From the NCBI GenBank assembly GCA_016178265.1, contig JACOTS010000052.1, positions 1 to 40,446 on the forward strand: DNA of 40,446 nt, in the 5' to 3' direction. The translations under genes and the position numbers were made by a program. This DNA comes from Candidatus Melainabacteria bacterium (lineage in GTDB: Bacteria > Cyanobacteriota > Vampirovibrionia > 2-02-FULL-35-15). The notes beneath the pieces were generated by a model, which saw only the letters and a program-made list of their open reading frames with translations, searched no databases and was not told where the DNA came from. Below are positions 33,468 to 40,446 of this stretch, one piece after another. Within the stretch, counting starts at the first letter, position 1. Every line of letters starts with the position of its first letter.

Positions 33468-35066
33468 TTATTTTCCAGCTAAAGCAACTTTGTCAAGTTG
33501 CTCACCGCCGTACTCTTTAATATTCTTGTCAAACATAGAGGCAAGTTCTTTGGCTTTCTTGTCATAAGCATCCTTATCTTTCCAGGTATTTTTAGGTTCT
33601 AATATTTCACTAGGTACCCCTGGACAAGAAAGTGGCACTTCAACTCCAAAGACTGGGTCCTTTTTAAACTTCTCTTTTTTAAGCTCCCCGCTAAGTGCTG
33701 CTTTCACCATAGCCCTGGTGTGGGGTATTTTTATCCTCTGCCCCACTCCATATGGTCCGCCACTCCAGCCTGTATTAATAAGCCAAACATCTACCTTTTG
33801 GTTTTTAATCTTTTCTCCTAAGAGCTTTGCATAAAGTGTAGGATGAAGTGCCATAAACGGGGCACCAAAACATGGGCTAAATGTTGCTTGTGGTTCAGTA
33901 ATTCCACGTTCTGTACCTGCAACCTTGGCAGTATATCCACAAATAAAGTGATACATTGCTTGATCATATGAAAGTTTAGATATTGGCGGCAAAACCCCAA
34001 ATGCATCACAAGTAAGCATAACTATATTTTTAGGGTGCCCGCCTGTCCCCTTTCTTGTCATATTTGGAATATGAGAAACAGGGTAAGATGCCCTTGTATT
34101 TTCTGTAATCGAATCATCATCCAGGTTAATTCTTCTTGTAACAGGATCAATTACTACATTTTCAAGCATTGTTCCAAACCGCCTGGTTGTTTCATAGATT
34201 TCTGGTTCGCTTTCTTTTGATAGCTTTATTACTTTTGCATAGCATCCACCTTCAATATTAAAGACCCCATGATCACTCCAACCATGTTCATCATCACCAA
34301 TCAAAGTCCTTTCAGGATCAGCTGAAAGGGTGGTTTTTCCAGTACCAGACAAACCAAAGAAAATCGCTGCGTCATCCTCGTTGTCTCCATAATTAGCTGA
34401 TGCATGCATAGACATAACACCTTTTTGCGGAAGTAAGTAATTCATTACAGTAAACATTGATTTTTTCATCTCACCAGAATAAGATGTCCCACCAATTAAA
34501 ATGGTTTTTTCTCCAAAGTTTAAGATTATAAATGCATTTGAGTTTATACCATCAATTTCAGGATCCCCATTAAAATTTGGGACATGAAATACTGTAAATT
34601 CCGGGGAAAAGTTTAAAAGTTTATTTTTATCATGCTCCTGAATAAACATGGTTCTTGCAAAAAGTGCCCCTGTTGCACGTTCTGAAATAACTCTTAAAGG
34701 AACCCTAAATTTCTCATCTGCCCCTACATAGCAATCCTGAATAAATAAGTCTTTTTCTTGCAAGTAAGCACAAATCCTGTTTTTTAATAATTTAAACTTT
34801 TCAGGATCTATAGGTTGATTGACTGTTCCCCACCAAATTTTATTATCACTTGATGGTTCTTTAACAATAAATCTATCTTTTGGAGATCTGCCTGTATAAG
34901 GAGCGGTTTGTACAACAATTGGACCTAAGTGACTTAATAAACCCTCATGCCTTTTAATAATAGATTCATAAATTACCGGCGTAGATTGGTTCCAATAAAC
35001 ATTCCCAAAGTTTTTTAAGCCAAATTCTTTTAAACTTTCATTTTTCTTTTGAAATTCTGAGTACAT
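33468..35066 (-). CDS. pckA: phosphoenolpyruvate carboxykinase (ATP)
   Basis: Full-length match to the PckA pattern, including the kinase-1a motif GLSGTGKTTLS and the conserved N-terminal YxGRSPKDRFIV. Confidence 0.95.
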   Translation of the reverse strand: MYSEFQKKNESLKEFGLKNFGNVYWNQSTPVIYESIIKRHEGLLSHLGPIVVQTAPYTGRSPKDRFIVKEPSSDNKIWWGTVNQPIDPEKFKLLKNRICAYLQEKDLFIQDCYVGADEKFRVPLRVISERATGALFARTMFIQEHDKNKLLNFSPEFTVFHVPNFNGDPEIDGINSNAFIILNFGEKTILIGGTSYSGEMKKSMFTVMNYLLPQKGVMSMHASANYGDNEDDAAIFFGLSGTGKTTLSADPERTLIGDDEHGWSDHGVFNIEGGCYAKVIKLSKESEPEIYETTRRFGTMLENVVIDPVTRRINLDDDSITENTRASYPVSHIPNMTRKGTGGHPKNIVMLTCDAFGVLPPISKLSYDQAMYHFICGYTAKVAGTERGITEPQATFSPCFGAPFMALHPTLYAKLLGEKIKNQKVDVWLINTGWSGGPYGVGQRIKIPHTRAMVKAALSGELKKEKFKKDPVFGVEVPLSCPGVPSEILEPKNTWKDKDAYDKKAKELASMFDKNIKEYGGEQLDKVALAGK

Positions 35067-35098
35067 AATAATCCTCCTTGATTATTTAAGTACATTTA

Positions 35099-35761
35099 TT
35101 ATAGATTACAGGAATATAATGAGCTCTTCCATTTTTCTTCTACAAGATTAGAATTATTGTTAAAAACGTATTTATGCCAAAAGAGGACCTTTGTAACAAC
35201 TGCTTCAATTAAACGTTCTTTAGAAAAGTTAGAAAAAGAATCGTTTGGCATTATTTCTTCAAGTGAAATAGGTTTTACAGTCAAATCATTGATTTCTCGT
35301 TTAGCTTTATGAGTATTTATTCCTATACCGGTAATAAGTGCTGAAAGTTTATTTTCTTTAAGTCTTGTTTCAACCAATATCCCGCCTAATTTTTTACCTT
35401 CTATATAAATATCATTCAACGGTTTTAGTTGTGTATTTATATTACATATTTCTTTAATTGCTTCAACGCATGCAATTCCTGCTGATTTGGTAAATTCATT
35501 GCGAGCCGAAGGCGAAGCAACCCCGAGCGAGGTTGCTTCATCACTAATGCTCCTTGCAATGATCTGAACAACCGATAAATAAATTCCTGCACCCTTTGGA
35601 GAAATCCATATTCTTCCTCTAGTACCTTTTCCACTGGTTTGTTCATTAGCTACTATATAAGAAGTGTTTGTAATTTTGCCAGAATCAATTAACCGTTTTG
35701 CTTCTTCATTTGTAGAGTCAACTGTATCTAAATAAAATTTGTTTTGTACTTCTAAGCTCAT
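35099..35761 (-). CDS. birA: biotin--[acetyl-CoA-carboxylase] ligase (group I, no HTH)
   Basis: GKGTRGRIWISPKG (GRGRxGRxW-type biotin loop) and KPLNDIYIEGKKLGGILVE. Contains a GC-rich insert (see repeat 35501-35539). Confidence 0.8.
   Translation of the reverse strand: MSLEVQNKFYLDTVDSTNEEAKRLIDSGKITNTSYIVANEQTSGKGTRGRIWISPKGAGIYLSVVQIIARSISDEATSLGVASPSARNEFTKSAGIACVEAIKEICNINTQLKPLNDIYIEGKKLGGILVETRLKENKLSALITGIGINTHKAKREINDLTVKPISLEEIMPNDSFSNFSKERLIEAVVTKVLFWHKYVFNNNSNLVEEKWKSSLYSCNL
35501..35539. repeat. GC-rich hairpin-containing insert, in frame within birA
   Basis: GCGAGCCGAAGGCGAAGCAACCCCGAGCGAGGTTGCTTC, 26/39 G+C by my count. Perfect 9-bp stem GAAGCAACC/GGTTGCTTC. It carries the GCGAGC/GAGCGAG words of the cassette S module. 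Confidence 0.6.
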
Positions 35762-35771
35762 CTGCTATAAA

Positions 35772-36707
35772 TTAATTGCTTATCTTTTGTCTTGTACTTA
35801 AGATTCTTGCAAGTTGCTTGCTAGGAAGCGGGTGTCCTAAAACACCTTGCATAAAAAGCGATGCTTCAGCAAGCTTTTCCAGATCAACTCCTGTTTTAAT
35901 CCCCATCTTTTCTAAAAAATATACCAAATCTTCAGTAGCTAGGTTTCCTGAAGCTCCCGGTGCATAAGGACATCCACCAAGTCCGCCACTTGAAGAATCA
36001 TAAGTTGAAATCCCAAGCTCAAGTCCTGTAAGCACATTAGTAAGTGCTGTTCCGTAAGTATCATGAAAATGAAGTGCAATTTTTTCTTTTGGAATAGAGT
36101 TTAGTAAATTTCCTACCGTACTATAAACATCTTTTGGTACAGCTGCTCCTATAGTATCTCCTATTGAAATTTCTTCCACTCCAATGTCTAAAAGCGCATT
36201 TGCTACATCCAATACCTTTTCCTTTTTAATATTTCCTTCATAAGGACAAACAAAACAAGTCGAAATATAGCCCCTAATGGTAATTCCCTTTGTAAGTACA
36301 ACTTTTATAACATCATTAAAAACAGACAGTGATTCGCTTATTGTCATGTTTATATTTTTCTTATTAAACGTTTCAGATGCTGCTGTAAAAATCGCAACAT
36401 GCTTAATCCCTGCTTCCAGTGCTCTATCGAGTCCTTTCATGTTTGGTATAAGTGCGGAATAAACAATATCTTTATCCAAATTCAAAGCTTTTACTACATC
36501 AGAAGCATCATAAAGTTGTGGAACATTCTTAGGATTCACAAATGATGTTACTTCAATAAACTTAAGTCCTGACTTTGAAAGTTTATTAATGTATTCAATT
36601 TTTCCATTTGTAGGAACTACGCCCTTTTCATTTTGAAGTCCATCACGAGGTCCAACCTCTACTATTTTTACTTGCATTGGGTATGTTTTCATCTCTATAA
36701 ACACCAA
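35772..36707 (-). CDS. liuE: hydroxymethylglutaryl-CoA lyase
   Basis: VGPRDGLQNE, HFHDTYG and GGLGGCPYAPGASGN motifs. The true start may be an internal Met (MQVKIVEV). Confidence 0.9.
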   Translation of the reverse strand: MVFIEMKTYPMQVKIVEVGPRDGLQNEKGVVPTNGKIEYINKLSKSGLKFIEVTSFVNPKNVPQLYDASDVVKALNLDKDIVYSALIPNMKGLDRALEAGIKHVAIFTAASETFNKKNINMTISESLSVFNDVIKVVLTKGITIRGYISTCFVCPYEGNIKKEKVLDVANALLDIGVEEISIGDTIGAAVPKDVYSTVGNLLNSIPKEKIALHFHDTYGTALTNVLTGLELGISTYDSSSGGLGGCPYAPGASGNLATEDLVYFLEKMGIKTGVDLEKLAEASLFMQGVLGHPLPSKQLARILSTRQKISN

Positions 36708-37498
36708 TTAGGTTTTCTTTTTTCCAGAAAAGCTTTCATCCCTTCTTGTCCTTCTTTGCTTACTCTTCTATCAGCAATATTTTCTGCCATGAGTTTAAGA
36801 GTGTTGTCTAAATTAACATTTGCTACATCCCGAACCATTTTTTTACACATGGAAACTGCCTCTGGTCCGCCAGATTTTATTGCATTTATCCATTCGTCTA
36901 TTTTTTTATCAAGCATTTCTTCTTTGCTTACAACTTCTGATATCAAGCCTATTCTCTTTGCTTCTTGTGCACTAAATCTCTCTGATGTTAAAAAGTATCT
37001 TCTTGCTTCACCAGGAATAAGTTTACTCATAACAAAAGGAGATATAACCGCTGGCACAAGTCCTATTTTTACTTCACTTAGGGCAAATAGCGCTCCCTCA
37101 AGAGCTACTGTCATATCACAAACGCTCACAAGTCCTACACCACCACCAATTGCTGTCCCTTGAATTCTTCCGATTACTGGTTTAGAACATTTATTTATAA
37201 CTTTAAACATGTTTGCAAGTTTCATAGCATCTTCAATATTTTCGTTATACGAATAATTTAGTGTAGATTTCATCCAGTTTAAATCTCCGCCAGCACAAAA
37301 TGATTTGCCTTTCGCTTTTAAAATAACAGCTCGAATATCAGCTACTTCATCCAGCTTGGAAAAAATATTTGTTAATTCTTCTACCATTTGGTCATTAAAT
37401 GCATTGTGAATTTCAGATCTATTTAAAGTTACATGTGCAACATTTTCTTTAATTTCTTGTTCTACAAATTTAGTCATTGTCCCCATTTTGTACTCCAA
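36695..37498 (-). CDS. liuC: methylglutaconyl-CoA hydratase (crotonase family)
   Basis: Crotonase motifs (FCAGGDL, GGG...). Positioned between the MCCase beta and HMG-CoA lyase genes. Confidence 0.8.
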   Translation of the reverse strand: MEYKMGTMTKFVEQEIKENVAHVTLNRSEIHNAFNDQMVEELTNIFSKLDEVADIRAVILKAKGKSFCAGGDLNWMKSTLNYSYNENIEDAMKLANMFKVINKCSKPVIGRIQGTAIGGGVGLVSVCDMTVALEGALFALSEVKIGLVPAVISPFVMSKLIPGEARRYFLTSERFSAQEAKRIGLISEVVSKEEMLDKKIDEWINAIKSGGPEAVSMCKKMVRDVANVNLDNTLKLMAENIADRRVSKEGQEGMKAFLEKRKPNWCL

Positions 37499-37501
37499 AA
37501 A

Positions 37502-39112
37502 TTACATTCTAAATACACCGTGCTCTTTAGCTTTTATAGATGAATTGAAAGCAGCAGAAATACAATTTGCAAGAATTTTTCTTGTATCAATTGGATCTAT
37601 TATCCCATCATCCCAAATCCTTGCAGTACTATAGTAGCAACTGCTTTCTTCTGTATACTTCTCAAGAATAGGTTTTTTAAATTCTTCTTCTTCCTCCTGT
37701 GACATAGACGGTTCACCCTTTGCTACAAGTCCATCTTTCTTAACCGTCAAAAGCACACTTGCTGCCTGTTCACCACCCATAACTGAGATTCTTGCATTTG
37801 GCCACATGAATAAAAACCTAGGAGAGTATGCTCTGCCACACATCCCATAATTTCCCGCACCATAAGAACCACCTATAATAACTGTAAACTTCGGCACATT
37901 TGCATTTGCAACAGCCTGCACCATCTTTGCTCCATTTTTGGTTATTCCTCCGGCTTCAAAATGGCTACCAACCATAAATCCAGCTATGTTTTGCAAAAAT
38001 AAAAGCGGGATATTTCTTTGGCTGCAAAGCTCTACAAAATGTGTTGCTTTAAGCGCGCTTTCAGCAAATAAAATTCCATTGTTAGCTAATATTCCAACCG
38101 GATAACCATAAATTCTTCCAAAGCCACAAACAATAGACTTTCCATAAAGAGCTTTAAATTCATGAAACTCACTACCGTCAACAATTCTAGCTATAACCTC
38201 TTTGACATTATAAAGTCTTCTTGGATCTTTATTAATTATTCCATACATTTCAAGCGGATTATATAGAGGTTCTTTAGATTCTCTAATATCTGGTTCTGTT
38301 TTTTTCTTTAAATTTAAATTCTCAATTATGTTTCTGGTTATTCTTATCGCATGATCATCACTATCTGCGCAGTGATCTGTTACCCCTGATTTTCTACAGT
38401 GAACATCTGCACCACCTAAATCCTCTGCACTAACTTCTTCCCCTGTTGCTGCTTTAACAAGAGGAGGACCTCCTAAAAAAATAGTACCTTGTTTTTTTAC
38501 AATGACTGACTCATCGCTCATTGCAGGCACATATGCACCACCTGCAGTACATGAACCCATAACAACTGCTATTTGAGGAATATTTGCTGCTGACATTCTT
38601 GCTTGGTAATAAAAAATTCTTCCGAAGTGTTCTTTATCAGGAAAAACATCTGCCTGTAGAGGCAAAAATGCACCACCAGAATCTACCAGGTAAACACAAG
38701 GCAAATTATTTTCCATTGCTATTTCTTGAGCACGAAGATGCTTTTTTACAGTTATAGGATAATAAGTTCCGCCTTTAACAGTTGCATCATTTGCTACTAT
38801 AACCACTTCTCTGCCATGTACCTTTCCAATGCCTGTCACTATACCTGCACAAGGTGCATCATTGTTGTATAAATTAAAAGCAGCTAGGGATGAAAGTTCT
38901 AAAAAACCAGATCCCTTATCAACAAGAGTCTCAATCCTTTCTCTTGCAAGCATTTTTCCTCTTTGCTTGTGCTTTTCAATGGCTTTTTGTCCACCACCTT
39001 GTTTAATCATTCCAACTTTAGATTTAAGTTCAAATACAAGTTCCTCCATATAAGCCCTGTTTTCCTGAAAAGCAGGGTCCTTTGAATTAACATTTGTTTT
39101 TAAAACATCCAT
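37502..39112 (-). CDS. liuB: methylcrotonyl-CoA carboxylase, carboxyltransferase (beta) subunit
   Basis: 536-aa carboxyltransferase with two crotonase-like halves. The sequence is of MCCC2 type ([22 protein letters not shown]..., [13 protein letters not shown]...). Confidence 0.9.
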   Translation of the reverse strand: MDVLKTNVNSKDPAFQENRAYMEELVFELKSKVGMIKQGGGQKAIEKHKQRGKMLARERIETLVDKGSGFLELSSLAAFNLYNNDAPCAGIVTGIGKVHGREVVIVANDATVKGGTYYPITVKKHLRAQEIAMENNLPCVYLVDSGGAFLPLQADVFPDKEHFGRIFYYQARMSAANIPQIAVVMGSCTAGGAYVPAMSDESVIVKKQGTIFLGGPPLVKAATGEEVSAEDLGGADVHCRKSGVTDHCADSDDHAIRITRNIIENLNLKKKTEPDIRESKEPLYNPLEMYGIINKDPRRLYNVKEVIARIVDGSEFHEFKALYGKSIVCGFGRIYGYPVGILANNGILFAESALKATHFVELCSQRNIPLLFLQNIAGFMVGSHFEAGGITKNGAKMVQAVANANVPKFTVIIGGSYGAGNYGMCGRAYSPRFLFMWPNARISVMGGEQAASVLLTVKKDGLVAKGEPSMSQEEEEEFKKPILEKYTEESSCYYSTARIWDDGIIDPIDTRKILANCISAAFNSSIKAKEHGVFRM

Positions 39113-39162
39113 TCTTTCTACCTACCGCCTGCTCGCTCATAATTCACTGTTACGATCACGCT
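39113..39162 (-). repeat. cassette S-module variant (type 2) forming the MCCase beta leader
   Basis: Minus-strand RNA: ...GAAUUAUGAGCGAGCAGGCGGUAGGUAGAAAGA-AUG. The 12-mer TTATGAGCGAGC is identical to 14891-14902 in the lexA leader copy. Confidence 0.65.
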
Positions 39163-39225
39163 TTACATCTTTTGAAATTATAGCAGGCATAATCTCTTAA
39201 ACCTCAATTGCTAAAATATAGGTAT

Positions 39226-39639
39226 ATGACAAAGCTTCAGCTACAAGATAATAAAACAATTTTAGAAGAGAAAATTAATACTATTACTCGTATAAATGTT
39301 GAAAATATCCCTTGTTATTGTGGCATAGGAATTGATGAGGAAGAAAGAAAACTGGGTCAGAAGCTTTTAATTGATGTATATGTAGATGTAGATTCTTCAA
39401 GCCTTTCAAAAACTGACAATATAAAAGATACTCTTAGTTATGTTGACATACACAAATTAGTGCAAGATGTTGCTAAAAGTAAGCCTCACTTTTTAATAGA
39501 ATATCTGGCTCATGATTTAGCAAATAATATTCTTAGGAATCCACTTGTGCATTCAGTAAAAATAAAAGTTAGAAAACCGCATATTCCATATCCTGAATTT
39601 CAAGGTGATGTTTCAGTTGAAATTGAAAGAAGAAAATGA
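39226..39639 (+). CDS. folB: dihydroneopterin aldolase
   Basis: GIGIDEEERKLGQKLLIDV...LSYVDI...VKIKVRKPH pattern. The ATG at 39226 is preferred over the track TTG at 39208. Confidence 0.75.
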   Translation: MTKLQLQDNKTILEEKINTITRINVENIPCYCGIGIDEEERKLGQKLLIDVYVDVDSSSLSKTDNIKDTLSYVDIHKLVQDVAKSKPHFLIEYLAHDLANNILRNPLVHSVKIKVRKPHIPYPEFQGDVSVEIERRK

Positions 39640-39643
39640 CATA

Positions 39644-40446
39644 GTGTTTTTGGATCATTTAAGAAGCTCTCTGATATCTTTTTGGATCGATAGCTCCGGT
39701 GGTCCAGAAAAATTATGCAAACAATCTTTTTTTAGTATAAATCCAAAGTACTACTTATATGGCTCCTTAAATGAAATCACGTTGGAAGATTGTGAAACTG
39801 GAGCAATTTCATACATTCCCGGAAACTGTTTTGATACTCTCGAAGAAAAATTGAAAGAGGAGAAGAAAAACAAAAATGGCATCTTTGTGGGTTACGTATC
39901 ATATGATTTGTTCAAAGCAAATTTAAAGGCGATTAGGTATCCCAATTTTTTCTTTGCTTTTTTCGACAATTATTCCACATTCGATCCTAATCTCTTAGCT
40001 CCCAATCCTCTTGCTTCTTATCCCTTACCTCTTACCTCGATTTCTTCTAACATGAGTGATGAAGAATATTTAGAAAAAGTAAAACAAATAAAAGAAGAAA
40101 TCAAAGCTGGCAATGTTTATCAAGTTAATTTAACTAGAGAGTATTCAATTCTAAGCTCTAAGCTCCAAACTCCAAACTCAGAACTGGATCTTTATTTCAA
40201 CCTGAGAGAAGTTTCTCCAAATCCATATGGATGTTTCTTTAAAACTCCTTTTGTAAGTATACTTTCTAGCTCACCTGAGGAATTTCTCTATATAGGACCA
40301 GCCGCCCAACAGAGTTGGGCGAGCCTTGCCACTCCTCAATCCTATATTATTCGTACTCGCCCAATTAAAGGAACTCTTCCAAAAGGAATACATAACATTG
40401 ATCCAAAAAACAAAGCAGAAAATTTAATGATTGTTGATCTTGAAAG
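39644..40446 (+). CDS. pabB: aminodeoxychorismate synthase component I (partial, runs off the window)
   Basis: Manual translation in the frame of 39644 (GTG) gives ...GIFVGYVSYDL...AGNVYQVNLTREY...SSPEEFL...RTRPIKGTLPKG...NLMIVDLE. Absent from the ORF track because there is no stop in the window. The start codon is uncertain (GTG 39644 or TTG 39650). Confidence 0.8.
   Translation, partial: MFLDHLRSSLISFWIDSSGGPEKLCKQSFFSINPKYYLYGSLNEITLEDCETGAISYIPGNCFDTLEEKLKEEKKNKNGIFVGYVSYDLFKANLKAIRYPNFFFAFFDNYSTFDPNLLAPNPLASYPLPLTSISSNMSDEEYLEKVKQIKEEIKAGNVYQVNLTREYSILSSKLQTPNSELDLYFNLREVSPNPYGCFFKTPFVSILSSSPEEFLYIGPAAQQSWASLATPQSYIIRTRPIKGTLPKGIHNIDPKNKAENLMIVDLE
40016..40036 (+). repeat. heptad array (TCTTATC CCTTACC TCTTACC) in frame inside pabB
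   Basis: Same heptad type as the cassette tail at 12573-12600 (TTCTATC TCTTACC TCTTATC TCTTATT). 21 nt equals 7 codons. Confidence 0.6.
40151..40185 (+). repeat. five tandem heptads (CTAAGCT x2, CCAAACT x2, CAGAACT) inside pabB
   Basis: Read directly from the sequence. Encodes ...LSSKLQTPNSEL... in a variable segment after YQVNL. Confidence 0.7.
40296..40343 (+). repeat. GC-rich hairpin-containing segment in frame inside pabB
   Basis: GACCAGCCGCCCAACAGAGTTGGGCGAGCCTTGCCACTCCTCAATCC. Stem GCCCAA/TTGGGC (40304-40320), a GCGAGCC word, and a CTCCTCAATCC tail. It lengthens the segment before RTRPIKGT. Confidence 0.5.

Overview
AT-rich bacterial chromosomal window (about one-third G+C by eye, not computed), densely coded on both strands. 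Core genes: yraN-like, a Xer-like recombinase homologue, dapB, two LivK-type binding lipoproteins, a PstS-type binding protein, recN, adk-map-infA-rpmJ, xth, split transhydrogenase pntAA-pntAB-pntB, lexA, purB, pckA, birA, a leucine-catabolism block (MCCase beta, methylglutaconyl-CoA hydratase, HMG-CoA lyase), and folB-pabB. The ORF track misses rpmJ. Two tRNA-Arg genes are present. From about 15.6 to 33.3 kb the genes are mostly orphan or secreted: thioredoxin-like pair, SWIB protein, Cys-rich secreted proteins, ferritin-like protein, degenerate GlgA-like protein, trypsin-like protease, a tandem papain/C39-like pair, and a vanadium-haloperoxidase/PAP2-like protein. The most unusual signal is not a gene. 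It is a modular, locally GC-rich, structured repeat cassette. In RNA orientation it reads: purine heptad array (nnUAGGA/nnUAAGA), bulged AU-rich hairpin with covarying inner stem, SD-like purine patch, small hairpin with tandem G.A pairs and a UUCG/UUAG loop flanked by GAGCGA/GAGCGG, then UAWWAAA and the AUG. It fills the infA-rpmJ spacer, both pnt intercistronic spacers and the pntAA leader. Variants precede lexA and the MCCase beta gene. All six of these gene-proximal copies share one orientation relative to the downstream gene and end 5-15 nt from its start codon. Related fragments sit between a tRNA-Arg and a 49-nt duplicate of its 3' half, and apparently in frame inside birA, pabB and the infA 3' end. 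I do not recognise the family as a named repeat or RNA family; that needs a database search. Other candidates: a 139-nt hairpin between divergent promoters beside a GTAC-N4-GTAC palindrome upstream of lexA, and a terminator-bounded sRNA candidate at about 24.5-24.7 kb. Several proteins lack canonical catalytic residues (Xer-like, GlgA-like, one C39-like paralogue, a truncated thioredoxin-like protein).
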